A DNA stretch of 64,000 nucleotides from an uncultured delta proteobacterium (GCA_963792965.1 CAWBYW010000035.1:32001-96000), one strand, 5' to 3'; shown: positions 42,494-52,993, counted from the first letter of the stretch. The notes: generated by a model not told the origin, from the sequence alone. Numbers and translations: made by a program.

Positions 42494-43159
42494 TTATCCG
42501 TACCATTTCCCGAGCAGCATCTTTACCGCCTCGAACGTTTTTTCCAGCGTAAAAATATCGTTATGAAGGGCGTTCTTGATCTCAATGACCTCTTGGCCCT
42601 GCGATTTCAGCTCGACAGATAATCTGACTATCTCCGGGACGTCTCGGCTCCCAAATATAATCCCTGTGGGCCTCTCAACGGTGGCTTTCCAGGTCGGCAG
42701 CTTCTTGAGAGTCACAAAATTCACCCCGGCATAGGACTCGCGGACCCGGTAACCCCGAAAGCCCTTGATGATTTCTTCCGTCTGCGGACTATACGTCGTT
42801 TCAAGCGCGGGAGATATCCCGATAGCACAATCGGCCGCGCTGATCAGCGAAAGCCGACCGCCCGATGAGTGTCCAATTGCGACGACCTTACCGAAGGCAC
42901 GGCAAAATTCAACGGCGGCCTGTACGTCCGCCAGGACATCCTCATCAAATGGGAGCGCATGCTCTCCATGGCCTCTGAGATCAATGGCGCACGCGGTGAT
43001 TCCCGTTTCTGCCACCCGCCAGGCCAACCCGAGTAGTTCTTCCTTGCACCCACCATACCCATGGACGACCACCGCAGCCCCGCGCGACTTGTCCGGCTTT
43101 ATCATTACTGAGGGAACGGCAGATACGCCGGCCCGAATAAAATAACGCTCAATGTTCAT
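42494..43159 (-). CDS. Alpha/beta hydrolase
   Basis: VVVHGYGG, IDLRGHG, GHSSGG nucleophile elbow, C-terminal His. Confidence 0.8.
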   Translation of the reverse strand: MNIERYFIRAGVSAVPSVMIKPDKSRGAAVVVHGYGGCKEELLGLAWRVAETGITACAIDLRGHGEHALPFDEDVLADVQAAVEFCRAFGKVVAIGHSSGGRLSLISAADCAIGISPALETTYSPQTEEIIKGFRGYRVRESYAGVNFVTLKKLPTWKATVERPTGIIFGSRDVPEIVRLSVELKSQGQEVIEIKNALHNDIFTLEKTFEAVKMLLGKWYG

Positions 43160-43292
43160 ATAATCCTCCAGGGTGCCGTGACGGATTACCGAAGGGAGGT
43201 GCAGCGACAACAGGATCTCTATATCGCAGCGTTAGATGTGGAAAGTCCGAGACTCGGAAAGTTTAACCCGGCCCATGGTTACCCCCACCCCT

Positions 43293-46226
43293 TTATCCCT
43301 CCTCCCCCATCAGCCCGTACTTCTTCATCTTCCGCCAGAGGGTCGTCCGGTTCATGTTGAGCGAGCGGGCGGCAAGGATCCGGTTTCCGTGGTATTTCTT
43401 CAGCGCCTCGTCGATGATCTTCTTTTCCGACTCCGTGACCTCTTCCCGGAAAGAGGCGCGGCCCCCCAACGAGCCCCCAACCTTTTCCAAGAGCGATCGC
43501 GGCAGGTGGCGCTCCTCCAGCATCCCGCCGCCCGAGATCACCACGCTGTGCTCGATGATATTCTCAAGCTCTCGCACGTTTCCGGGGAAGTCATAGCGCA
43601 TCAGGACGTCCATGACCCCGTCGGAAACCCCTGAAATATCCTTTCCCATCTTGACGGCGAATTTCTCCACGAAATGGTTCACGAGATACGGGATATCGTC
43701 CCGCCGCTCCCTGAGCTCCGGCAGCGATACCTTGACCACGTTGAGCCGGTAGAAGAGGTCCCCCCGGAACGTGCCCGCGGCCACCGCCGCGGCCATGTCC
43801 TGGTTAGTGGAGGCGACGATGCGCACGTTGCTCTTGATCGTGCCGACCGACCCGAGCGGCTCATACTCCTTCTGCTCTAACACGCGCAACAGCTTCACCT
43901 GCAGCGGCTTTGCCAGGTCGCCGATCTCGTCTAAGAGGATCGTACCGCCTTCCGCGAGGGCGAACCTCCCGGGCTTGTCCTTCACCGCGTTAGTGAAGGC
44001 GCCCTTGACGTACCCGAAGAGCTCCGACTCAAGCAACGTATCCGGCAGGGCCGCGCAGTTGACCGCCACAAACGGCCCATCCCGCCGCGTGGAGAGGTTG
44101 TGTATGGCGCGGGCAAAGAGCTCTTTGCCCGTCCCGCTGTTGCCCTCGATCAGCACGGTGCTGTCGCTCTCGGCGATGTAGGGGAGGATGTCGAAGATCG
44201 CGTGGATCTTTTTGTTCTTGCTGATGATATCCTGATAGGTATATTTCTGGTCGATCTCCTTTTTCAGCTCGACGATCTCGGAGATGTCGCGGAAGGTGAC
44301 GACGCTGCCGAGGGCTTTCCCCTCCCGGTCGGTGAGCAGCACGATCGAAAGCATGATCGGTACAAATCTGCCGGAGCCCGCGATGAGCTCCATCTCGTGG
44401 TTGGTGATTGTCTTCTCGGCCTCGACGGCCGAAAGGATCGCCGAGATGTCTTTTGAGCCGGGCTTTCGGAATATCTCGGACAGGGGCCGTCCGAGGATAC
44501 GCTCGCGGCCAACCCCCATGATTCGGGTCGCGGCGGCGTTCGTGGAGGTGACCTCGTGCTTCATGTTGGCGATGAGTATTCCGTCCGTGACGCTGTCAAG
44601 CGTCGTCTCCACGACCTTCTTGCGCTCGGTGACATCGCGCCCGATCCCCCTGACCTCGGTGATCCGGCCGTTTTCCCGGACCAGGCTCTCCCGTACCTCG
44701 ATCGTCCGCACCAGGCCGTCCCTGCCCTGAAACTCGATCTCGAAGGGGCCGATCTCCTCCCCGGCCATCTGTCGTTGGAAAAGCTCGCTCCCATATTTCT
44801 GGCTGGCGGGGGTCATAAACTCGCCGATGTTTTTGCCGACGGCGTCGGCCAGTGAGTAACCCGAGTCGTCGCAGAGCGATTTGTTGGCGAACAGGACCGT
44901 CCCCTTACCGTCGGCCACGTAGAGGTAGTCGCTCATGGTGTCCACCAGCTCCCGGTATTCGGCCTCCGACTCCCTGAGCGCGCGCTCGACCTTTTTCCGC
45001 TCGGTGATGTCCCGGGCGATCCCCTGCACCTCGACGACATGACCGTCCTTCCAGACCGGGCGCTCCTTGGTCTCAATCGTCCTGACGTTGCCGTCCCGAT
45101 CGTAATATTCCAGCTCCAGGACACCGATCTCTTCACCCGAGCTCTGCCGCCTGAAGAGCTCCTCTAAGTATGAGACCGACTCATTGGTGAAGAAATTTAT
45201 GATATTTCTGCCCTTCAGCTCATCCGCGGTGAATCCCGAGCGGTCCGCGACTGCCTGATTGACGAACGTGATATCACCCTTGTTGTCCAGGACGTAGACA
45301 AAATCCCTGAGGTTATCCACCAGGTCCCGGTACTTCTTCTCCGACTCGTGGATCTTCTCTTCGGCGCGCTTCCTTTCGGTGATGTCCTCGCAGACGCTCA
45401 CGATGAAGAGGGGACCACCGCTTTCGTCCTGGACAACGTCTGTCGTCCTGCTGACGGGAAAGGCGGTGCCGTCCTTTCGAACGTTGGTGGTCAGGCGGGT
45501 AGCCCCCTTCAGGTGCGCCATCTCTTCCGGCGTTATCTCATGCCAGAGCTCCTTCGGCGCGAGAATCCGGGAGGGTTGCCCGATCAATTCCTCGACCGAA
45601 TAGCCGTGCATGCCGGCCTCTGCGGGGTTGGTGTATATAATGGAGCCGGAAATGTCCGTAACGGTGACTCCGATGGTACTGCTCTCCACCGCCTTCCTCA
45701 GCGTCCTGAGCGATTCCTCGGCCGCCTTTCTCTCGCTGATCTCGCTGGTGAGCTGCTCGTTTGTCTCCTTGAGCTCGGCCGTCCGCTCGACCACCCGTAC
45801 CTCGAGCTCGTCGTGCGCTTTTTTCAGCGCCTCTTCGATTCGCTTTCGCTCCAGCGCGTAACGGATGGAGCGAACCAGCGTCCGGGGGTCGATCTCTCCT
45901 TTGATGAGATAGTCCTGGGCGCCTTCCTGTACGGCGCGGATGGCCGTCTTTCTATCGGAGATCGCCGAGCAGACGACGATAGGGACCGTGGGGGCGTGCG
46001 CAAGCACCGCCGAGAGCGTATTCAGTCCCTCCGAGTCCGGCAGGATGAGGTCCAACAGGACTAGGTCGATATCGCCCTTGTCCAGGAGCTTCTTTCCTCC
46101 CGCGAGATCACCCGCGGTCGAGAGCCTGAAGACCTCGTCCTTCGTCTCGGTCAGCATATCCGAGATGAGCCGCCTGTCCCAGTCGTTGTCCTCGATTTGG
46201 AGGATATGCATCGGTCTTTCTGTCAT
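43293..46226 (-). CDS. Sigma54-dependent activator (REC-4xPAS-AAA+-Fis HTH)
   Basis: Receiver, PAS domains, GNSGTGKEL, ESELFGYVKGAFTNA, LDEIGD, FRGDLFYRLNV, PGNVREL, NRTTLWRKM. Confidence 0.93.
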   Translation of the reverse strand: MTERPMHILQIEDNDWDRRLISDMLTETKDEVFRLSTAGDLAGGKKLLDKGDIDLVLLDLILPDSEGLNTLSAVLAHAPTVPIVVCSAISDRKTAIRAVQEGAQDYLIKGEIDPRTLVRSIRYALERKRIEEALKKAHDELEVRVVERTAELKETNEQLTSEISERKAAEESLRTLRKAVESSTIGVTVTDISGSIIYTNPAEAGMHGYSVEELIGQPSRILAPKELWHEITPEEMAHLKGATRLTTNVRKDGTAFPVSRTTDVVQDESGGPLFIVSVCEDITERKRAEEKIHESEKKYRDLVDNLRDFVYVLDNKGDITFVNQAVADRSGFTADELKGRNIINFFTNESVSYLEELFRRQSSGEEIGVLELEYYDRDGNVRTIETKERPVWKDGHVVEVQGIARDITERKKVERALRESEAEYRELVDTMSDYLYVADGKGTVLFANKSLCDDSGYSLADAVGKNIGEFMTPASQKYGSELFQRQMAGEEIGPFEIEFQGRDGLVRTIEVRESLVRENGRITEVRGIGRDVTERKKVVETTLDSVTDGILIANMKHEVTSTNAAATRIMGVGRERILGRPLSEIFRKPGSKDISAILSAVEAEKTITNHEMELIAGSGRFVPIMLSIVLLTDREGKALGSVVTFRDISEIVELKKEIDQKYTYQDIISKNKKIHAIFDILPYIAESDSTVLIEGNSGTGKELFARAIHNLSTRRDGPFVAVNCAALPDTLLESELFGYVKGAFTNAVKDKPGRFALAEGGTILLDEIGDLAKPLQVKLLRVLEQKEYEPLGSVGTIKSNVRIVASTNQDMAAAVAAGTFRGDLFYRLNVVKVSLPELRERRDDIPYLVNHFVEKFAVKMGKDISGVSDGVMDVLMRYDFPGNVRELENIIEHSVVISGGGMLEERHLPRSLLEKVGGSLGGRASFREEVTESEKKIIDEALKKYHGNRILAARSLNMNRTTLWRKMKKYGLMGEEG

Positions 46227-46567
46227 AAGGTAACCTTTTTGCGCATTTTAGCACATTGTTTCAGCGAGTCAAATAAATAGTCTCATGCGCGCAACCTTTA
46301 TGTTGGACGTTGCACCACTTGAAACAATAGTACGAGACGGCCGGTCCCGCGGATATGACGCCTGTCACTGTTCCTTCTCATCTTTCGCTTGACGACGCAC
46401 CGGCCCGGTGATAAGTTTAAAAAGGCTCCGACCCGGCGAGGTGCGGGAGACGAGCGCGCCCACGCTGGAGGAATCGTGCCTTGTCGGGCGGGTATCGGCG
46501 CACGTAGGCCGCCACACCGCGGGATTACATGAGCCCATCCCACTGAGACTCAGGAAGAGGAAATAAG

Positions 46568-48164
46568 ATGACCAACTATTTCTTTACCAACGGCACCGTC
46601 CTGACGATGGAAGGTGAAACAATCACACGCGAGGCATGCGCCGTTCGGGGAGACACGATCCTCGGGACAGGTACGTCGGCCGACATGAAGGCCGCCCTCC
46701 GGGCGGGGTATGAGGAGATCGACCTCTCCGGGGGGCTGCTCGTGCCCGGCTTTGTCGACTGCCACCTCCACCTGGTGCTCTCGGCCTACTTCAAGATGAA
46801 CATCGACCTGGCAAATGCTGCATCTGTGGACGAGGTGCTCTCGATCATGGGCAAGAAGGCCGCCTCCCTCCCCCCCGATAAATGGATCATGGGGCTGAGG
46901 TTTCGGGAGGACAACTTCCCCGACAAGCGGATACCGACACTGGCCGAGCTTGACCGCGCGGTGCCGAATAACCCCCTCCTCTTGATCCGCTACGACGGCC
47001 ACACGGCGCTGGCCAATTCCGTGACGATGGCCGCGGCCAAAATCACGGGAGAGACCCCCGACCCACCGGGCGGGGTCATCGTGAAAGAAGGCGGACGGCC
47101 CACCGGGGTCTTCAGGGAGCTGGCCATCGACCTCGTGCTTGCCGCCTTCCCAACGCCGGACGTCGAGGAGTTCCGGACGGGATTCGTCGGCTTCATGGAG
47201 GACATGCTGAGGTTCGGGATCGTGCGCGTCCAGTCGGTGCTCCAGACGGGGTCGCTCGGCCCGTCGGGGAGCCTCGGGCCCTTCGAGATCCCCCTGCTCA
47301 AGCTCTTCGAGCAGCAGCTCCACCAGCAGGTCTATCCGCTGGTCGCCGCCCCCACGGCCGACGTGGCCGTCAAGACGCTCGTCGAGCAGTTCGGGGCGAA
47401 GAAGGAGGCCGGGCGCTGGCGCGGCGGGGCGCTCAAGCTCTTTGCCGACGGCACCTTCGGCTCGCGTACGGCCTATTTTTCCGAGGACTATTCCGACATG
47501 CCGGGCGAGCGGGGGATGCTCGTCAAGGAGCCCGATGCCCTGCGCGACATCATCTTCGCGGCCCACAAGGAAGGGCTTCAGACGGCGATCCACGTCATCG
47601 GGGACCGCGCGATCAGCGAGGTGGCCGGGATGTTCAAGGAGGCCAGGGACAAATTCGGCGGGCCGGATCTGCGCCACCGCATCGAGCACTGCGGGATGAT
47701 CAACCCACAGGACTTCAAGACGATCAAGGACGCCGGGATTATGCTGTCGTTTCAGCCGTCGTTCATCGTCTCGGAGGGAGCCTGGATGGAAAGCCGCGTG
47801 GGCAAACGTCGGCTCGGCAACGTCTACCCCATCAGACGGGCGATCGACGCGGGCATCCCGGTCTGCGGCGGGTCGGACTCTCCCATCGAGGTGCCGGACG
47901 TCATGGCCGGCGTCTGGGGGACGGTCGTGCGGGAGGGGTTCACAAAGGACCAGGCCATAACTGCCGTACGAGGCGCTCTCGCTCTACACGAGCCGGGCCG
48001 CCTATTCGTCGTTTGACGAGGACGTCCGGGGGACGATCACGAAGGGCAAGCGGGCCGACCTCGTCGTGCTCGAGAAAGACCCAAGGAAGGTCGAACCCGA
48101 CGAGATCAAGGACATTAAGGTGAAGATGACGATGATCGGGGGCGAGGTCAGATACGGGGGATAA
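46568..48164 (+). CDS. YtcJ-like metal-dependent amidohydrolase, frameshift at ~47965
   Basis: PGFVDCHLH, DGHTALANS, KLFADG, AIHVIGDRA, HRIEHC, GSDSP; C-terminus GTITKGKRADLVVL in the shifted frame. Confidence 0.88.
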
Positions 48165-48291
48165 CCCGGACGGATCATCGACAAAGCTACGAATCCGAGA
48201 TGCGCGCACGCACTTGGAGTTCCCGTTGTCTCTCGCGGCGGGGCGGGCATAGAGCCAACCCGTCTTTCTTTGCCGACCGAAGGAGGCGTCC

Positions 48292-49398
48292 ATGAACGTT
48301 CGCGAGCGCTTTCTTGCCATGTGTCGTTTCGAGAAGCCGGACCGCCCGATCAGGTACGAGGGCTGGGGGTTCTGGCCGGAGACCTACGCCCGATGGCACA
48401 CCGAGGGGCTTCCCGAGACGGTGTGCGACCACGTCTTTTCGGCTCCCGCCCATTTCGGATACGACCCATTGACCTGGCTCCCCATAGCCGCGGCGGACGT
48501 GGAGCCCGGGTTCTGCCCGAGGTTTGACGAGGACGTGCTGGAAGAGACGGAGACCTATGTAACCAAGCGCGACGGCGCGGGCAAGACCGTGAGGATATTC
48601 ACCGACGGCCGCTCCACCCTCCCCCAGGAATTGGAGTGGCCCGTCAAGACCCTCCACGACTACGAGGATCTCGCGTGGCGCCTCGACCCCGAAAGCCCCG
48701 AGCGGTTCACGTCGATCCTTGACGTCTTTATATCCATGGCCAATTCCCTCGGCGACAATAACTACACCACCTCCTACGTCTGCGGGCTCTTCGGCACGTA
48801 CCGTCACCTGATGGGGCTGGTGGGGATGTCGGTCGCCATACGCAGGGACCCCGCGCTGTTGCATACCATCGCCCGCCGGTGGGTGGAGCTTAACGCCACA
48901 ATGCTCATCAAGGTCAGGGAGAAGGTCCCGATGGACCGGGTCTTTTTCTGGGAGGATATGTCCTACAAGAACGGGCCCATGATCTCGCCGAAAGTCTTCC
49001 GGGAGTTCATGACGCCCTACTACACCCAACTGATCGACCGGGTGAAGGCCGAGACGGATATCACCGTCTTTTCCGTCGACTCCGACGGCAACCTCGACAT
49101 CCTGATCCCCCTCTTCATGGAGACGGGGATCAACATGCTGTCCCCCTTCGAGGTCCAGGCGGGCATGGATATCAGGAAGGTCCGCGAGCGCTACCCGGAC
49201 CTGATCATCTTCGGCGGCCTGGACAAGCGCGCGCTGGCCGAAGACGAGGCGGCGATACGCCGCGAGGTCATGGATAAGGTCCCGTTCATGCTGGAGCGCA
49301 GAGGATATATCCCGGGCCTCGATCACTGGACGCAGCCCGAAGTGTCGCTGAAAAATTTCATGACGTTCCTTGAGATAGTCCGGGGGCTGCCCGCATAG
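48292..49398 (+). CDS. Uroporphyrinogen decarboxylase/MtaA-like family protein
   Basis: RERFLA, WEDMSYKNGPMISPKVFREF, DSDGN, PFEVQAGMD, GGLDK, GYIPGLDH. Confidence 0.8.
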   Translation: MNVRERFLAMCRFEKPDRPIRYEGWGFWPETYARWHTEGLPETVCDHVFSAPAHFGYDPLTWLPIAAADVEPGFCPRFDEDVLEETETYVTKRDGAGKTVRIFTDGRSTLPQELEWPVKTLHDYEDLAWRLDPESPERFTSILDVFISMANSLGDNNYTTSYVCGLFGTYRHLMGLVGMSVAIRRDPALLHTIARRWVELNATMLIKVREKVPMDRVFFWEDMSYKNGPMISPKVFREFMTPYYTQLIDRVKAETDITVFSVDSDGNLDILIPLFMETGINMLSPFEVQAGMDIRKVRERYPDLIIFGGLDKRALAEDEAAIRREVMDKVPFMLERRGYIPGLDHWTQPEVSLKNFMTFLEIVRGLPA

Positions 49399-49455
49399 CA
49401 CGCGCAGCCGAGCAACCTAACCACACACGCGTAACACCATCACGGGGGATGACCA

Positions 49456-50060
49456 ATGGGACTCAACGAGAAGGTTCCGAACCAGCTCTTGCACCTGACC
49501 TTCATGACCACCGAGGAGGTTATCGGCAAGGACGGCCTGAAGACCCTCCTCCGTTACGCCAAACTCGATAAGTTCATCGACGCGCCCCCGCCGCCCGACT
49601 TCGAAATGGTCTACCCCATCAGCGAATTCATCAGGTTCGTGACCGGCACCATCGATATCTTCGGCGAGAAGGGCGCGCGCCCGCTGCTCTTCCGCGGGGG
49701 AAGCGCGGGTTCGAGCTCAGCCTCGAGCTCTTCCCGGAGATGCACCGTATCGACAAGACCAAGACCGTCGAGAAGAAATTCGAAGAGTTCGTCCGCCTCT
49801 ACGGCGTCGCGGTGGAGGCCTCAAACTATATGTACGGCGACATCTTCACCTTCACGGAGGTCCCCGAGGGCGCCATGCTCGAGATCGGGCCCTGCTTCTG
49901 GTGCCTCGGGCTCAAGACCCAAAAACCGATCTGCCACGCCCAGGTGGGCTTCCAGCACAGCTTCCTGCAGTGGGTGATGGGCGGAGAGGTGAAGGTCGAG
50001 GAGACCCACTGCATCGCCACCGGGGACCCGGTGTGCCGGTTCATCATGCACAAGCCGTAA
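49456..50060 (+). CDS. Stand-alone V4R domain protein, frameshift in G-run at ~49695-49700
   Basis: EEVIGKDGLKTLLRYAKL; second frame CFWC, PICH, VEETHCIATGDPVCRF. Confidence 0.8.
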
Positions 50061-50125
50061 AGAGCGCGTATCGACGGGTATCTGACATGCCCGGATTTCC
50101 TGCATCTTATTCTCGGTATATCCTC

Positions 50126-50400
50126 TTCACCGTCATTGCGAGTGCTGTTCTTCCTTCGGGGACCCCACGAAGCCTGCTTCGTGGGGTGATGCTCTATCCT
50201 CTGACTGTCACCGCACACCGTAGTTCACCCGTAGGGGCGGCATTCATGCCGCCCGTCTCCAACACCCAGTCACTGTAAATCGGGTCAAATGACACTTTTC
50301 ACCGTCATTGCGAGAAGGCCCCATCGGGGCCGACGTGGCAATCCTCTGACTGTCACCGCGCACTACAATTCACCCGTAGGGGCGGTATACATGCCGCCCG
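50126..50400 (+). repeat. Two tandem composite REP-like units (CGTC-type plus GTAG-type palindromes)
   Basis: Units at 50126 and 50298 share ttcaccgtcattgcgag...atcctctgactgtcaccgc...ttcacccgtaggggcgg.at.catgccgcccg. Confidence 0.8.
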
Positions 50401-50617
50401 GCAATCCCGACACGCACCCAAACCTACCAAACTCTATTTGGCGATAAATACCACTGGAAGACCGAAACGATTATTCTTGACCGAGAATCAAATATCATTT
50501 AGCATGAACTCATCAATAGTTTTTGCTACGAGCGCAGTCAATCGAGTTTTTAAGTCTACTGTAAACGGTAAAGATGCGATCCCTGCTCTTAGTTACGTAG
50601 ACTAAACCGAGGCGGAG

Positions 50618-52168
50618 ATGTGTGACTGGAAGCCGAAATTCAGCTGGGATAGAGAAAGCTATAAATGTCCCCATAAGGACTACGGTAGGAACAAGGAGGG
50701 GACGAAAGACCTCTGCATTTTCCATAGCGATCAGAACGATAAAAATCCCGATAAATTCTATCAGGGAATCAAAGATATCTATAATTCTGGAAAACATAAC
50801 TTCCGCGGCTTCGTTTTTCCTATAGAATTCAATTTCAATACGCTAAAGGAAGAACTCAAGGTCGATCACTTCGTTTTCTCAGACGCGGACTTTTCCGATG
50901 TAGCTTTTCTTTGCGATGTCGACCTCTCACATGCCGAATTTGCCGGCGAGGGTTTGGCCGACTTCAGCGGCGCGCAGTTCACCGGCCAGAGTGTAACCGA
51001 CTTCAATTTTGTGCAGTTCTCCGGGAAGCGGGGGACCGACTTCAGCTTTGCTCAGTTCTCCGGCAAGGGCCGGACCTCTTTCACAGGAGCGCAGTTCTCT
51101 GGAGAGGGCGGGACGTTCTTCACAGGGGCGACCTTCTCCGGCCGGGGCGGGACCTTCTTCTACGAGGCACGGTTTACCGGCAAGCGCGGGGCCTTCTTTA
51201 GTTTTACGCGATTCATCGGCATGGGCAAGGTCAACTTTTCCGGGAGAACATTTCAGGACATCACATTAGTGGGTTTTCATAATGTCGACTTAAAAAACCC
51301 CAAGAACGTAACATTCATCGACGTCGATCTGAACCGCGTGAGATTTCTATCAACCGATCTTTCAAATATCCGCTTTTCGAACGTATTCTGGTGCGGAAGA
51401 AAGTATGGCTCATCATCGTATAGGGGAAGACTTAAGTTGTACGATGAAATATACCAGGAAGGAGGTGTTATCGTCAGACTGCTCCAACGACTACGCTATC
51501 GGCTCAAGCTCGGCCTCTATAAACTCCATGAGAAAGATCTTGAGACAGTTGAAAATAAGGATAGAAAAGGATTAAAGAAAGGCGCTCTTAAAGGCCCTAA
51601 CTTCCATAAAGATGACGAAACCTGAAAGAAAGGAACGGAACCATTACGAAGTCTATAATCTCTACAATCAGTTGATAAAGAACTACGAGAATAATAACCG
51701 ATACTACGAGGCGGGAGACTTCTTCGTCGGGATGATGGAGATGAGGAGAAGGGGTGATTTTGAAAAGCGCACGATCAGAGCGCTGCTGTATCCATACAAA
51801 TGGATATCACTTTACGGCGAGCGGCCGTGGAGAGCTTTTGGATGGCTCTTGGGATCAGTACTTTTATTCGGACTCCTGAACCTTGCTGTTGGTATGGATC
51901 CCATGGAGACGAATTCAACTTTCAGTACTATCAAGAGGGAAGGACTCTCAATAAAAATGCTGATCGACAGTGGCTTCTGGAAAGATTATCTTCAGGCTAT
52001 ATATACCGCTCTGCAACCAATAACCCTCGGGAAGGTCGAGGCCGCTTATTCTGTTAGAGACACCTTCTGGGGCCCACTTCTTAGGATCGGGAAACTATAT
52101 CGGGCGCTCTCTTTATCTCCCTCTTCCTCCTCGCCATGAACCGTAAGTTCCGCAGGACGAAGGATTGA
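50618..52168 (+). CDS. Pentapeptide-repeat protein with N-terminal Cys/His motif and C-terminal membrane domain; broken by frameshifts at ~51600 and ~52095
   Basis: C...C...CIFH; 13-aa FxxAxFxG repeats; YEAGDFF..MMEMRR, SLYGERPWRA, transmembrane helices; final frame ALFISLFLLAMNRKFRRTKD*. Confidence 0.7.
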
Positions 52169-52283
52169 AGTCGGCTGCTTTAAGAAGAAATGATGACCGT
52201 ACTCTTCTCACGCATTCCGGCATCCTGAAGTGCAGAGCAAAATAACAAACCGATCCGTCTGGTACTAAGAAAAGGAGTAGCTC

Positions 52284-52883
52284 ATGCCTGCCATCGAATC
52301 GAGAAAATACCTCCTCGTCGGTATCTTATTCCTGGGCCTGCTTCTTCTCTGCGGCTCGATGGCCCCAACCACTCATTCCGCCGAGTTCACGGCCCGCGTC
52401 ACCTTCACCACCGACAAAACCATCTCGACCGGCACGGCCTACGTCAAGGGCTGCAACATGCGCCGAGACCTCACCTCCGCGGCCCACCTCACCAGCACCA
52501 CCATCACGATCTTTCGGTGCGACAAAAAGCTGATGTGGACGCTCGACCCGGAAAACATGACCTGCATCGAGGCGCGGCCCATATACTCCGGCCTCAATTA
52601 CCCCGACGCCGCCGGGCGGACGGAAGCGGGCGCGGTCAAGGAATACCTCGGGCAGGAAAGGGTGGCGGGCCTCGTCTGCGATAAATACGTCTTCCACTAC
52701 AGGGACCCGAAGATCGGAGACATCTCCTACTGGATCGCCCGGGAGCTCACCTATCCCATCAGGTTCGAGCAGATGGGAGAGGGGGTCTACCTGCTTGAGG
52801 AATATACCGACATCAAGGTCGGCCCCGTGAGCGATTCGCTCTTCGAGGTGCCGACGGGATACCAGATAATACGGATGTTTTAG
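52284..52883 (+). CDS. Exported DUF4412-like (LolA-fold-like) protein
   Basis: Signal peptide; LGQERVAGLVCDKY, YWIA, EYTDIKVGPVSDSLFEVPTGYQ. Confidence 0.7.
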   Translation: MPAIESRKYLLVGILFLGLLLLCGSMAPTTHSAEFTARVTFTTDKTISTGTAYVKGCNMRRDLTSAAHLTSTTITIFRCDKKLMWTLDPENMTCIEARPIYSGLNYPDAAGRTEAGAVKEYLGQERVAGLVCDKYVFHYRDPKIGDISYWIARELTYPIRFEQMGEGVYLLEEYTDIKVGPVSDSLFEVPTGYQIIRMF

Positions 52884-52936
52884 GCAAGGGCCGGCCGACA
52901 GTGGATATCTCAGGGATGACACTAACGCATAGTACT

Positions 52937-52993
52937 CGGTGACAGTCAGGGGATCGGCGCGCCGCGTGCCCGCGGCTCGCAATGACGGTGGAA
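52937..52993 (-). repeat. Third, inverted copy of the CGTC-type REP-like unit
   Basis: Reverse complement reads ttccaccgtcattgcgag...atcccctgactgtcaccg, matching the units at 50126 and 50298. Confidence 0.75.

Noticed and set aside
50126-50400. Possible CRISPR array
   Set aside because: Only two long palindromic units, no regular repeat-spacer period and no cas genes; they fit REP-like elements better.
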